Source: an uncultured Gemmatimonadota bacterium
GTDB lineage: Bacteria; GCA-2686955
Direction of reading: 5' to 3'
Assembly: GCA_964490075.1 (NCBI GenBank)
Contig: CAZBBK010000023.1
Span: 51,490 to 71,489, forward strand
Length of the DNA stretch: 20,000 nt
Positions 19,129 through 20,000 of the stretch are shown in pieces (positions within the stretch are counted from its first letter, which is position 1; every line of letters begins with the position of its first letter). The position numbers were made by a program, and so were the translations under genes. The notes below the pieces were generated by a model, which saw nothing but the letters and a program-made list of their open reading frames with translations, was not told the DNA's origin and did not search any database.

Positions 19129-19180
19129 TCTTGGGGGGCGGGCCTGACGTTTCGGCGCACCGGCGTTCCCGGGTCCAGGT

Positions 19181-19212
19181 CCGACCCCGACCCCGACCCC
19201 GCGCCCGATTCC
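19181..19212. repeat. Intergenic hexamer tandem repeat (CCGACC)x3 with degenerate copies
   Basis: ccgacc ccgacc ccgacc ccgcgc ccgatt read directly from the sequence. Confidence 0.75.
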
Positions 19213-19358
19213 GGGTGGCGGCGATGGGCGGACCGAATGGCTGATGGTTTTACGCTACCGGCATGGAATCCGACCGCGGCGGCACGGGATGTGCGTGGCG
19301 GCTCGTCTTGCATCGGCCGATTCTCTGGTCGGGAGCAGATCCCTGAAGGGAGAGCGGT

Positions 19359-20000
19359 ATGAATGGCCATGGGAAACAGTGCCTGCCGGCGCTGCTGTTG
19401 AGCTCGGCGGCGGCGGCCGGGGTGGTGCGCGTTCCGCTCGACTTCGCCAGGATCCAGAACGCGATCGACGCCGCCTCGACCGGAGATACCGTGCTGGTCG
19501 CGCCCGGTCGCTACCCCGAGATCCTCACCTTTCGCGGCAAGGCGATCACTGTTACCGGGCGCGATCCGCTCGATCCCGACGTGGTCGCCTCCACCATCGT
19601 CGATGCCTCCGGCGCCTACTGCGCGGACACCTGTAGTGTGGTCCGTTTCAGCGCGGGGGAGGGGCCCGGCTCCGTGTTGGCGGGGCTCACGCTGACCGGC
19701 GGCCGCGGCGTGACCACCGAGATCGGCTTCCACGGGCAAAGGAGCACGGTCGGAGGCGGGATCTACTGCCGCGGGAGCTCGCCCACGCTCGTCGCTTGCG
19801 AGCTGCGAGAGAACCGGGCCACGGGTCTTGACGGAGAGGGCGGCGGTGTCTACGCCGACGACGCTTCCCCGCGATTGCTGCGCTGCGTGATCGAGGACAA
19901 CTGGGCCCAGCGCCAGGGTGGGGGGCTGGTGTTCTATGGGGGGAAGACATCGCTTCGTGGCTGCACGATACGCGGGAATCGGGCCGACGATCTGGGCGGT
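19359..20000 (+). CDS. Secreted right-handed parallel beta-helix repeat protein; runs off the window edge
   Basis: Not in the ORF track; translated by hand: MNGHGKQCLPALLLSSAAAAGVVRVPLDFARIQNAIDAASTGDTVLVAPGRYPE...GGGIYC...GGGVY...GGGL. GAAGGGGAG upstream; frame open to the window end. Confidence 0.85.
   Translation, partial: MNGHGKQCLPALLLSSAAAAGVVRVPLDFARIQNAIDAASTGDTVLVAPGRYPEILTFRGKAITVTGRDPLDPDVVASTIVDASGAYCADTCSVVRFSAGEGPGSVLAGLTLTGGRGVTTEIGFHGQRSTVGGGIYCRGSSPTLVACELRENRATGLDGEGGGVYADDASPRLLRCVIEDNWAQRQGGGLVFYGGKTSLRGCTIRGNRADDLGG

Overview
Gene-dense, high-GC bacterial window, probably diderm given the outer-membrane barrel; some features hint at a Myxococcota/Deltaproteobacteria- or Planctomycete-like lineage (inference). 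No mobile element, CRISPR array, tRNA or rRNA was recognised. In order it carries: (-) a truncated His/Glu-rich outer-membrane metal-uptake barrel preceded by a structured spacer and a small secreted His-rich ORF ending APKQSPPA (DUF2946/CruR-like leader candidate); (+) S8 peptidase with FG-GAP repeats, an MBL-fold hydrolase and a compositionally odd orphan; (-) a HEAT-repeat/SpoU RNA methyltransferase fusion; (+) two membrane-anchored Thr-type sulfatase-like enzymes and an ATC-hydrolase-family gene; (-) an LpqC/PHB-depolymerase-type esterase; (+) class II FBP aldolase; (-) a DUF62 SAM hydrolase/halogenase-family gene with a non-canonical active-site loop, head-to-head with (+) msrB; (-) a divergent EF-G paralog and a COG2403/ArcE-like P-loop ligase; (+) a truncated beta-helix protein. 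Best leads: the Trm3/TARBP1-like HEAT-SpoU fusion, the putative metal-sensing arrest-peptide leader, and the variant DUF62 enzyme. All family calls come from visual motif recognition; no searches were run.
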